A stretch of 64,000 nucleotides of DNA, taken from contig JAVKHQ010000011.1 of the NCBI GenBank assembly GCA_031459875.1, positions 1-64,000 of the forward strand. The letters are read 5' to 3'. The stretch comes from Candidatus Fervidifonticultor sextus (lineage in GTDB: Bacteria; Sysuimicrobiota; Sysuimicrobiia; Sysuimicrobiales; Humicultoraceae). The notes beneath the pieces are model-generated. The model saw only the letters and a program-made list of their open reading frames with translations, searched no databases and was not told the DNA's origin. A program made the position numbers and the translations under genes. Positions 29,657 through 38,900 of the stretch are shown here, one piece after another. How positions within the stretch are numbered: position 1 is the first letter of the stretch; every line of letters begins with the position of its first letter.

Positions 29657-30020
29657 GGGAGCAGGCCGGGCGGTCGCGGCGCACTGCGCCGAGGAAAGTC
29701 CGGGCTCCGCAGGGCAGGGTGCCGGGTAATCCCCGGCGGGGGCGACCCCAGGGACCAGTGCCACAGAAACATACCGCCGGTCGGCTTCATCCGGCCGGCA
29801 AGGGTGCAACGGCGGGGTAAGAGCCCGCCGGCGGTCCGGCGACGGACCGGCCAGGCAAACCCCACCAGGAGCAAGGCCAGATAGGGGGAGATGAGGTGGC
29901 CCGCCGATCCCCGGGTAGGCCGCTTGAGGTCCCGGGCAACCGGTGACCCCAGAGAGATGATCGCCGACCGGGCGCCCGAGAGCGTCCGGCGCACAGAACC
30001 CGGCTTACAGGCCTGCTCCC
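29657..30020 (+). ncRNA. rnpB: RNase P RNA (type A)
   Basis: GAGGAAAGTCCGGGCTCC, AGTGCCACAGAAA, GGCAAACCCC, ACAGAACCCGGCTTA; P1 GGGAGCAGGCC/GGCCTGCTCCC. Confidence 0.98.
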
Positions 30021-30032
30021 GGCCAGCCTTCC

Positions 30033-31247
30033 CTACGGATAGATGAGGTAGGGACTCCGGAGCATCTGGAACCGACGCAGTTCCGGCTCCCAGCGCGCCG
30101 CGATGGCGTGCGCCGGCGCGCCGCGCAGAATCTCCTTCCGGATTCGGTTCGTCCCCCACACGAAGTCGAAGACGAAGCGGCCGCCGCGCTGGACGAACTC
30201 CAAGCGGTCGCCGTGGAGCCGCCGGACCTCAACCAGGATGTACACCGCCGTCGTGGCCGGCCTGAAGCGCAGCGGCTCGTGAATCACCAGCCGGACGGCT
30301 CGACGCGGTCCCCCGCTGCGCCCGAGGTCGGACGCTTCGAACACGACGCCTGGCAGCCCGATGAGGTTGAGTCGCGCAGCAAGGCGATCCCCGTCGAGCC
30401 ACGGGCTGGACACGACCTGGAAGGGTGAGACGGGGCCGGGTCCGACCACTAGGTTCGTGCCGTCAAGGACACCCGTGGCCGCATAGTAGAACGGCGTGGT
30501 CATCGTGGCGATGTTCGGCGATGGCCGCACCCACGGCAGCCCCGTCTCCTCCCACACCATCCGCCGCGTCCATCCCCGCATGGGCACCACCGTCAGGTCG
30601 GCGTTGATGTCGAACAGGCCATTGAAGAGCTGGGCCAGTTCCCCGATGGTCATCCCGTGCACCAGGGGGATGGCAAACATCCCGATGAACGAGCGAAACG
30701 CCGGGTCGAGCACCGGGCCGTCCGTCTGCCAGCCGCCCAGCGGGTTGGGCCGGTCCAGCACCACGACCGGCTTTCCGGCTTCACGGGCCGCCTGCATCAC
30801 CAGGGCCATGGTGGACGTGTAGGTATATGCCCGCGCCCCCACATCCTGGAGGTCCACCACGAAGACGTCGACCTGCGCCATCATCTCGGCCGTCGGCCGG
30901 CGTGTCGTATTGTAGAGGCTGTAGACCGGCACGCTGCCGGGGGCGTCCGGGACCGGCTGGCCGGCCGGGACCGTGCCCAGCAGGCCGTGCTCGGGGGCGA
31001 AGAGGGCACTGACCACAAAGCGCGGGTCGCGGGCGAGGGCGGTCGAGGTCGGGACGCCAGCGCTGGTGAGCCCGGCGGCGTGGGTGACCAAACCGATTCG
31101 GCGGCCCTGAAGGAGGCCCGGGGACTCCAGGAGAACATCCACGCCGGGTCGGGTGGGGCCCGATGGCTGGGCGCGAGCGACATCGGCTCCACGGGCCACG
31201 AGCACCAGACCGGCCAGGAGGAGTACCGACAGGATCCTCACGATCAT
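30033..31247 (-). CDS. Exported DUF1343 / NamZ-like exo-beta-N-acetylmuramidase
   Basis: Signal peptide; LFAPEHG, DLQDVGARAYTY, VLDRPNP, HGMTIGELA, WVRPSPN. Confidence 0.9.
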   Translation of the reverse strand: MIVRILSVLLLAGLVLVARGADVARAQPSGPTRPGVDVLLESPGLLQGRRIGLVTHAAGLTSAGVPTSTALARDPRFVVSALFAPEHGLLGTVPAGQPVPDAPGSVPVYSLYNTTRRPTAEMMAQVDVFVVDLQDVGARAYTYTSTMALVMQAAREAGKPVVVLDRPNPLGGWQTDGPVLDPAFRSFIGMFAIPLVHGMTIGELAQLFNGLFDINADLTVVPMRGWTRRMVWEETGLPWVRPSPNIATMTTPFYYAATGVLDGTNLVVGPGPVSPFQVVSSPWLDGDRLAARLNLIGLPGVVFEASDLGRSGGPRRAVRLVIHEPLRFRPATTAVYILVEVRRLHGDRLEFVQRGGRFVFDFVWGTNRIRKEILRGAPAHAIAARWEPELRRFQMLRSPYLIYP

Positions 31248-31353
31248 CAGATGATTCGGGCCGGGGCTACCGATTCCTTGGGTGGGATCGTGGGGCCCGG
31301 CTCCACGACGCCGGTGGACTGAGCCGGCAGTCCGCCACCTCCGAGGCGGACCT

Positions 31354-33081
31354 GTGACCACGATTGCGACACAGATGAGCGACGACATGGAGGCGAGGGG
31401 CGGCTTCCTGGCGCTGATGCGCCACCGCAACTACGCCTGGCTGTGGTCCGCGCAGCTCATTTCCCTCATCGGGGATCGCTTCCACTGGGTGGCAATCTCG
31501 CTGTGGGTCTTCGCCCAGACAGGCTCCGCGCTGTCCGTGTCCTACGCCATCATGGCGCTCCTGATCGCGCCGGCCCTGGTGGGGTTCTACGCGGGGGTGC
31601 TCGTCGATCGGATGGATCGGCGCCGGATCATGGTGGCGGCGGATCTCGTCCGGGCCGGACTGGTCGCCGCGATTCCTTGGTTGATGGAGCAGGGGATCGG
31701 ATGGGTCTATCTCGACCTGTTCCTGATCTCCTCGGCGTCCGCCTTCTTCCGGCCTGCGATGTTCGCGGCCATCCCCCAGTCTGTGCCCAAAGCCCGACTC
31801 CTGCAGGCCAACGCCTTCTTCGCGTCCATGGACTCGAGCACCGAGGTCTTCGGGCCGGCGCTGGCCGGGCTGGTGGTGGGCTCGCTGGGCTATGCCGCGG
31901 CGATGTACGTGGACGCGGCCAGCTATCTAATCTCGGCTGTCTTCATCGCGATGCTGCGGCTTGACCGCGTGGAGCCGTCCGGCGCGGAGACCGCCCGCCG
32001 CTCCCAATCCGCCGCCGCTCCCGTCGTGGGGGCACGGGGCGTGGTGCTACCGGCCAGGGCGTACCTGTCGGCGGTCGCGCAGCAGGGGGGAATCCTCCAC
32101 TCCCTGCGCGAGGGCCTCAGGTACATCCGCGGCGACCGGATTCAGGTGGCGCTCGTGGCCCTCCTCGTCGGCGGGTTCTGGGTGGCCGGGCTGAACTCGC
32201 TCCAGACCCCGCTGGCCAAGGGGGTGCTGGGGGTCACCGACCGGCAGTTCGGGTGGTTCCAGAGCGTCTGGGGCATGGGGTTCATCGCGGCTTCGCTCTT
32301 GCTGGCCTGGTTTGGCGGCCGGTTCCCCAAAGGGCAGGCGATCGTGTTCGGGTACCTGCTGTGGGCGGTGGCCGCCGGCGCCACGGGGCTGAGCCCAAAC
32401 TACGGGATGCTCATCGTGTCGGGCTTCTGGGTCGGATTTGCCAACATGCTGGTCTTTGTCAACGTGGCCACCCTGATGATGGAACACACGCCCGAAGACA
32501 TGATGGGCCGGGTGGTCACGGCCCGCCAGATCCTGGTGGCGTTGATCCGGGTGGCGGCGCTGTTGGGGTTTGGAGCCCTGGCCGATCTCTTCGGGCCACA
32601 GACCGGCCCGCGCGCCGCGATCCTGGCCATGGCCGGGATTTCACTTGTCGGTACCTTCGTGGCAGCCGCCAGGTTCCCGGTGCTGTGGCGATACCGGATC
32701 CCGATCCAGCCCCGCGTCGGCGAGACGGCCCCCGTCACCGCAGTGGCCGAGGGGCTGGCGCACCGGATCGCCCCGTTTGGGGCCATCATCCGCGTCCTCA
32801 TCGATCGGACGGACCCAGAGTTCGATCCTGCTGAACAGCGGTGGTTGAACGCGGCCACCCTCTTGATTGTCGGAGTTGGCTGGCTGGTACTCCTGATGGT
32901 CCAGCCGCCTCAGGCCTTCGGCATTGCCGCCGCCGTGGCGGTGTCGATCCTGATCGCCCACCTCGTGCGGGTCATGGCAGGGCGACTTTGGCCCTCGGCA
33001 GGCGGGCATGAGACAGGTGGGGCGGGGCAGGCCTCGCCAGGACAGGAGGAGGAAAAGTTGGGGAGGAGGCGAATACCCTAG
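31354..33081 (+). CDS. MFS transporter (DHA3/MFS_3-like) with extra C-terminal hydrophobic segment
   Basis: WSAQLISLIGD, GVLVDRMDRRRIMVAADLVR motif A, EGLRYI; start uncertain. Confidence 0.9.
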   Translation: MTTIATQMSDDMEARGGFLALMRHRNYAWLWSAQLISLIGDRFHWVAISLWVFAQTGSALSVSYAIMALLIAPALVGFYAGVLVDRMDRRRIMVAADLVRAGLVAAIPWLMEQGIGWVYLDLFLISSASAFFRPAMFAAIPQSVPKARLLQANAFFASMDSSTEVFGPALAGLVVGSLGYAAAMYVDAASYLISAVFIAMLRLDRVEPSGAETARRSQSAAAPVVGARGVVLPARAYLSAVAQQGGILHSLREGLRYIRGDRIQVALVALLVGGFWVAGLNSLQTPLAKGVLGVTDRQFGWFQSVWGMGFIAASLLLAWFGGRFPKGQAIVFGYLLWAVAAGATGLSPNYGMLIVSGFWVGFANMLVFVNVATLMMEHTPEDMMGRVVTARQILVALIRVAALLGFGALADLFGPQTGPRAAILAMAGISLVGTFVAAARFPVLWRYRIPIQPRVGETAPVTAVAEGLAHRIAPFGAIIRVLIDRTDPEFDPAEQRWLNAATLLIVGVGWLVLLMVQPPQAFGIAAAVAVSILIAHLVRVMAGRLWPSAGGHETGGAGQASPGQEEEKLGRRRIP

Positions 33082-33230
33082 GGTACCGGACCGACAGCAT
33101 GGCAAGCGCGACACTCAACGTCGCAAAGTGAATACCGAGCCCCTCATAAGTCGACCTGCTCCTGGTCGACGGGCGACCTGACCCACCCCGAGTGCAGCGG
33201 CGCGCCCTAACCGCGTATCAGGGTGATCAG

Positions 33231-33302
33231 GTGAAACTGATTCGCGCGGTCAGCAACGCGATTGCTCGCGGGCTATTGCTGGGCGGCGACAGGGAGATGT
33301 GA
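33231..33302 (+). CDS. Candidate 23-aa peptide (MKLIRAVSNAIARGLLLGGDREM)
   Basis: SD-like AGGGTGA 4 nt before GTG; stop 30 nt before the first HD-GYP gene; below the ORF-track cutoff. Confidence 0.4.
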   Translation: MKLIRAVSNAIARGLLLGGDREM

Positions 33303-33332
33303 GCTGTCGGTCTGGTTTTCCTTTTCCTAGGC

Positions 33333-34619
33333 TTGATGCAGACTATCTCGCGCGAAGTCCGACTTCTGGTCTTAGTCGAAGTCTCGCTGGCCACGTTGGC
33401 GGTGGTGATCCACGCCGATTCGATCTCATGGTACGAGTGGCCACAAATGCTGTTGTTTTTCCTCGTTGTCGTTGTCGGTTTCTCAGTTCGCATTTCAGAT
33501 CCACGTGGTGGAGCAGTCACGCCAAGCACAGTGCTCTCGTATCTCTTGATCTACTTGTTTAATATACCGACAGCTCTCCTGATTGTCATGGCGGGGAGGA
33601 CAGCTGCATACATCGTCTCAAGAGGAGGGACCTTTTGGCGAGCCGTCGGTAACGGCTCGCTTATGGCCTTAAGCGTTGGCGCAGGAGGATTCGTGTTTAG
33701 GCTGCTGGGTGGTATGCCAGGGCAAATCGAGTTTTCTTCTGTTACTCTCCCGGCAATCATAGGAGGTCCTCTCGCTCACCAAGTCGCTAACAACTTTTTT
33801 GTCAGCTATGCTGCGAGCCGCTGGCGAGGAACACCCTTTCTTAGCAGCTGGTTCGATAGTTTCCGCGATCTGCTCTGGCCGAACCTTCTTAGCATCCCCA
33901 CGGCTGTATTCCTTGCTATTCTGTCAATCGACGTGCACCACATTGTGGTAATGGGATACTTAGCTCTCCTGCCCTTTCAGTGGCAGGCCCTCCGCCTATA
34001 TCTCAAGCGACGACAACTATACACGCAAATCGTCGATGGGTTGGTGGTGGCCGCCGACGTGAATTTCCCCCTGGGCAAGGGACATGCGCGCCGTGTGGCT
34101 GACCTTGCGGTGGCGATTGCGCGTAAGATGCTCCTTAGCGAGTCGATCGTGGAGTCGGTGCAATTCGCAGCGCTGCTTCACGATGTTGGGATGATAGGGA
34201 AGGACGATTTGCTTGATCGCCCTGTCTTAACTATGGAGGATGCGGAGAATCTGCTTGATCATGTGCGTGTGGGCGCTGCAATGGCGCGTGAACTTCCCCG
34301 TAAGGAAATCGCTGAAGCGATCCTTTACCATCACGAACGGTTCGATGGAACAGGATACCCTGGTGGCCTCAGGGGTGGGGAAATTCCACTTCCAGCAAGG
34401 ATCATAGCTCTTGCTGAGGCCGTCGACAGTATGGCATTCGGGATCTTCCCGTACTCCCCGGTGTCCACACGGTCGGCGATAGTCTCCGCCATCTTGAGCG
34501 AAAAAGGCAAATCGTTCGACCCGGAGGTTGTTGATGCGTTCATGAGGGCGGTTGAGGGGAGGAATGTTACTCTTGACTACGATACGGCGCGCCAAGCTGT
34601 CATGGGCCGCATCTCCTGA
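33333..34619 (+). CDS. Membrane-anchored HD-GYP domain protein (degenerate motifs)
   Basis: About 220-aa multi-TM N-terminus; GHARRV, LLHDVGM, HHERFDGTGYPGGL. Confidence 0.88.
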   Translation: MMQTISREVRLLVLVEVSLATLAVVIHADSISWYEWPQMLLFFLVVVVGFSVRISDPRGGAVTPSTVLSYLLIYLFNIPTALLIVMAGRTAAYIVSRGGTFWRAVGNGSLMALSVGAGGFVFRLLGGMPGQIEFSSVTLPAIIGGPLAHQVANNFFVSYAASRWRGTPFLSSWFDSFRDLLWPNLLSIPTAVFLAILSIDVHHIVVMGYLALLPFQWQALRLYLKRRQLYTQIVDGLVVAADVNFPLGKGHARRVADLAVAIARKMLLSESIVESVQFAALLHDVGMIGKDDLLDRPVLTMEDAENLLDHVRVGAAMARELPRKEIAEAILYHHERFDGTGYPGGLRGGEIPLPARIIALAEAVDSMAFGIFPYSPVSTRSAIVSAILSEKGKSFDPEVVDAFMRAVEGRNVTLDYDTARQAVMGRIS

Positions 34620-34639
34620 ACTGGGGGACTGTAGGCAAG

Positions 34640-35920
34640 ATGGCGCTTGAACAGCAGTGGCGTGTCGGCCGGATTGTTCTTGTGGGCGCTGGAGGCATCT
34701 CCCTGGGTTTTGGGCTATCAGGGCTTGCGGAATTCGACCTAGCGTTGGCGGGATTCCTGCTCGTCTTGGCGCTGGCTGGGGAGTGGCTGGAGGTGCGGCT
34801 TCGCCCGCTTGGCAGTTTCACGTTGCGACCCGTCGTTGCTTTCATCGGCCTTTGGATTGCCGGTCCTACTCTCCTAATGTTTGCTGGTTTGCTTCCCATT
34901 CTTATTATTGGCTTCCTGACAAAGAGAGCTTCTCTTCCGGGGTTGCTTTCTATCGCCGGAAGAGACTCGCTTTGTTTCTGGCTTGCTTTTGTGGCTTATC
35001 GTGGGACTCTGGGTTTTCGCAACTTGCCATGGGAGATGACAGCTGGGAGCGCGGTGGCCGCCCAGCTCGCTGGCTTAGCCTCATTCTGGATCGCGCAAGT
35101 TCCTCTACAGGCCGTGGAGCTCTACCTCAGGGAAGGGATCCAATTCCGGGCAGTACTCCGGCATCTCGTCCAGCATACATGGGTGCACGCGGTTGCCCTG
35201 GTGCTCGCGGCTCTTGCGTTGAGCTACCTGGAAACAAATTTCGGCTTGGTCGTAATGGGCATTGCAGTCATCATGCTTGTTGAGACCTACTACCCTTGGA
35301 AACTCCTGGGGGAACAGGACGGGATATTGCTCGCTAGCATCCAAATGATGGCCCAGGCTGTAGATCTGAAGGACCCGTACACGTCTAAGCATTCCCAGAG
35401 AGTTTCGCAATTTTCAGTTCGTCTTGCCCGGGCAATGGGACTTGGCGAGGACGAAGTAGAGCGCATTCGGATTGGAGCGCTTATGCATGATATAGGGAAA
35501 ATTGGGATAAGTGGACGAATTATCCGCAAACCAAGCAAGCTCACTGCTGAGGAGCATGCGATAATGCGGGAGCACCCATTAGTGAGCGCCGACATAATCG
35601 GACCACTGGAGATACTGGGAGAATCTGCGGAGATGGTTCGGCACCATCACGAAAATTGGGATGGAACTGGTTATCCGAATGGCTTGAAAGGCGAGGAGAT
35701 CCCCCTTGGCTCGCGAATCATCTTTGTCGCAGACGCGTTGGACGCTCTTGTTACGCATCGTCCCTACCGGATGGGAGTACCTTTGGCTGAGGCGTTAGCG
35801 ATTATCAAGAAGAACGCAGGTACACAGTTTGATCCGGCCGTTGTGGAAGCGTTGGGTCGGATACCTGAATCTGTTTTGATCGCTATCGTCGCTGACCCCA
35901 CTTCTGCTGCTCAACTATAG
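34640..35920 (+). CDS. Membrane-anchored HD-GYP phosphodiesterase (canonical motifs)
   Basis: Multi-TM N-terminus; KDPYTSKHSQRV, HDIGKIG, HHHENWDGTGYPNGL, VADALDAL..HRPYR. Confidence 0.92.
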   Translation: MALEQQWRVGRIVLVGAGGISLGFGLSGLAEFDLALAGFLLVLALAGEWLEVRLRPLGSFTLRPVVAFIGLWIAGPTLLMFAGLLPILIIGFLTKRASLPGLLSIAGRDSLCFWLAFVAYRGTLGFRNLPWEMTAGSAVAAQLAGLASFWIAQVPLQAVELYLREGIQFRAVLRHLVQHTWVHAVALVLAALALSYLETNFGLVVMGIAVIMLVETYYPWKLLGEQDGILLASIQMMAQAVDLKDPYTSKHSQRVSQFSVRLARAMGLGEDEVERIRIGALMHDIGKIGISGRIIRKPSKLTAEEHAIMREHPLVSADIIGPLEILGESAEMVRHHHENWDGTGYPNGLKGEEIPLGSRIIFVADALDALVTHRPYRMGVPLAEALAIIKKNAGTQFDPAVVEALGRIPESVLIAIVADPTSAAQL

Positions 35921-35965
35921 GCCGACTCAAGGGTTGCGCGGGATTGGTGATGGAGGGCTCTCTCC

Positions 35966-38900
35966 ATGGCGAGGCTGCAGATTGGGCTTTTTGGGCGATT
36001 CACTGTGGCCATTGAGGAAAGACCGATCAAACTCCAGACGGCCGCCGCGCGGCTTCTCGCTTATTTGGCTCTCGCCGGCGAGCGCCCCGTCTCTAGGGGG
36101 CGAATTGCCGGATCGCTGTGGCCAGAGTTGACCGAAGGACGTGCGCGGTCCAATCTCAGTACGGTATCATGGCGGTTGAGATCAGAGCTTTTGGACCAGG
36201 GATTCACGGGTGACGTCATATCCGCCTCGGGCACTCTCTTGTGCCTCAAGATGGCTTCGTGCGACGTGGATGTTGAGCAGTTCCGACAGTCTGCTCTCGT
36301 TCCCAGAGCCGAGGGCTACCCGCTGGAGGCTTTGAGCAGGGCAGTCGGGGCTCTAAGGCTTTACAGGGGTGACCTCTTGGAGGACTGGGATGCCGAGTGG
36401 TGCAACGTAGAAAGAGAGAACCTCCGCCGTAGGTACTTCGATACACTTCGGGCGCTGACGGATGCTTTCGAACAGCGCGGCCGGCTTGACCATGCCGTAC
36501 TTTATGCTCGAATGGCTGCAGGGGCTGAGCCCCTGGACGAGTCAGCACAGCGGACACTGATACGCCTCCTCTTTCTTACCGGCGACAAGGCATCGGCTGT
36601 GAACCAGTTCAACAAGTTCGCGAAGCTCGTTCGATCGGAGCTTGGAACGGAACCTGACGAGGAAACCCTGGCATTGTTTCATGAGATGCTGTCATCATAT
36701 AGGACGCAGCGCTCTCCGTATAGGTTTCAGGCTGGTCGAGACCTGTCAGTTCGTACAGAGAAGGTGCCGCTTCTTGGAAGGGTCGAGCCAAGGCGGCAGA
36801 TCGGTACTTTTCTCGATGCTGCCTACGCAGGCAATGGTGGGGGGTTCTTGCTGCTCGGAGAGGCTGGAATCGGCAAGTCCAAGCTTGCCGAGTGGGCGAT
36901 GGAAGAATGGGCGGCTCGTGGCGGCTCAAGCGTGCTAGGGAGGTGTATGGAGTTCAACGAGCCGGTCCCGTATCAACCTCTGCTCGACGCGCTCGCAGCC
37001 TACATCGAAGCGGCGGATCTTACTGCGTTCATCGGTGAGGGGAATTCCGTCTTGTCAGCGCTACGGATGGGCAACGGGGAGTCCGATCGGGCATTCGGGC
37101 AAACGAGTCGACCCGCCGCCTGGCCCACCGGTAAGTTGCGGCTTTTCCGCTGGCTTCGCGGGCGCCTGGAGGAGGTGAGCCGGAGCCGCCCGCTTCTCAT
37201 GGTCCTCGAGGACCTCCAGTGGGCTGACAAGGGGACCCTGGACTTCCTCACGTACCTCCTCGGAGGCGCCGGCACCATGCCCCTGGCCGTCGTCCTTACA
37301 TCGCGCCCGGCACATCACCCGCCGAAAAGCCGGCTCGGCACGCAGCGACTCGGGCGCTACTGCTCAGGCACGATCCATCTTGGCCCCCTCAGCAGGGAAG
37401 AGACCTTTCAGTTGGTGCGGAGCCTCGTTGAGGATTGGCAGATTTCTCATGACGTGGCTGATTGGCTGTACAGGGAGACGGAGGGCAATCCACTATTTGT
37501 GATCGAGACCCTCCGGCTATTGCAGCAACAGGACAAGTTCGAATCACTGGCACGGGGTCGCTTGTTTGACGCTGCGCGTGGAGACGACCTGTCCGTGAGC
37601 TTCGAAATCCCGGACGGCGTGCGGTCGGCCGTCCGGCAACGACTCGACATGCTCGATGCTACCGCGCTCCTAATTGCTGAAATCGCATCCGTTTTGGGCC
37701 GGTCTGTCGACGAGGAGTTACTTGCGATGGTATCGGGTACCGGGCCGAACCGCCTCTCTCGGGCGATTGCGCATCTTTTGCGAGTGGGAGTGTTTGAGCG
37801 CGAGAAGGCCGGGTATAGGTTTTCCCATGACAAGATCCGGGCAGTTTGCTACGAAAGCCTGCCGGCCAGAGCTCGGAGGACCTACCACGCGCGGGCCGCG
37901 GCCGCCCTAGCCCAGATGCCGGAGGTACCGGCCCAGCGCCTCGCATGGCACCAGACCTGTGCGGGCCAATGGCATCTTGCCTCGGCCACCTGGGCAGCTG
38001 CCGGGGAGAGCGCTGTTGAGATACATGCCTACGACGAAGCGCTCCGGGCCTACCGCCATGCGATCTCCTGTGTCCGCCGGGACACGACTCGAAGTGCGCA
38101 AGAAAGGAACCTGGAAGAGACTAGGCTCCTCTGTAGGATCGATGAGGTACTCGCGGTGACGGGGAGGCCCGCAGAGCGACGAATAGTACTGGAACAGATG
38201 GCCCTAGCGAGTCGTCGGGCCTGCCGCGCGCACGCTCAGGCCCTTTGGTTCATCCGCAGGGCCCTATTCGAAGAGCATGAGGCGAATTTCCTTACGGCCG
38301 CCCGGCTTGCACGCAAGGCTTGGTGTATCGCACGAGATGAGGGTGATTCCCTTACAGAGGTGGAAGCCTTGCGCATCATTGCATGGGCGCTGAACCGACA
38401 GGGGCGCCATGTGCGGTCGTTGGCAGTCTCAAGTCTGGCCTTCAGGAAGGCTGGAAGCCATTCCTCTACGTCGAAGGCGGCCATTTTGCAGGAGGCAGCT
38501 GTTGTTCGTATCAAGTTGAACGACTATGCACTAGCACTATCTTACCTTGAATCGGCTAGGAGGATTCTGACCGATCTGGGTCATGAAGACGACCACCCAT
38601 TGATATTGGCGACTGAGGCCGTAGTGCACAAATGGTCGGGCGACCTAGCCTCCTGTCGATCGTGCCTCACGCGGGCCATTCAGTCTGCAGAGCAAATCGG
38701 AGATGCCGTCACCGCAGCCAGGGTCTCGTTCCAGCTCGTCACCGTTGATGCACTGGAAGGCAGGCTTGGAGATTCCTTGCGGAGGCTTAGAAAGGCAATC
38801 GTCGCCAGTCGGTCGGCCGGCTACCAACGCACCGGGATTTCCTGCCTGAATGAGGTGGCGAACGGGATCGGCCGCCTGATCGGCAACTATAGATGGGCAT

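Noticed and set aside
28219..30159. 646-aa minus-strand ORF
   Set aside because: It is antisense to the zinc-ribbon gene, rnhA and rnpB, has no recognisable motifs, and is a typical high-GC shadow ORF.
33099..33131. 10-codon ORF MASATLNVAK
   Set aside because: No SD and too short to distinguish from chance.
33085..33316. Retron msr-msd, SRP RNA, tmRNA or known c-di-GMP riboswitch as the identity of the structured segment
   Set aside because: No reverse transcriptase is nearby and I could not find the conserved sequence motifs of these RNAs by eye; the segment is left unassigned.
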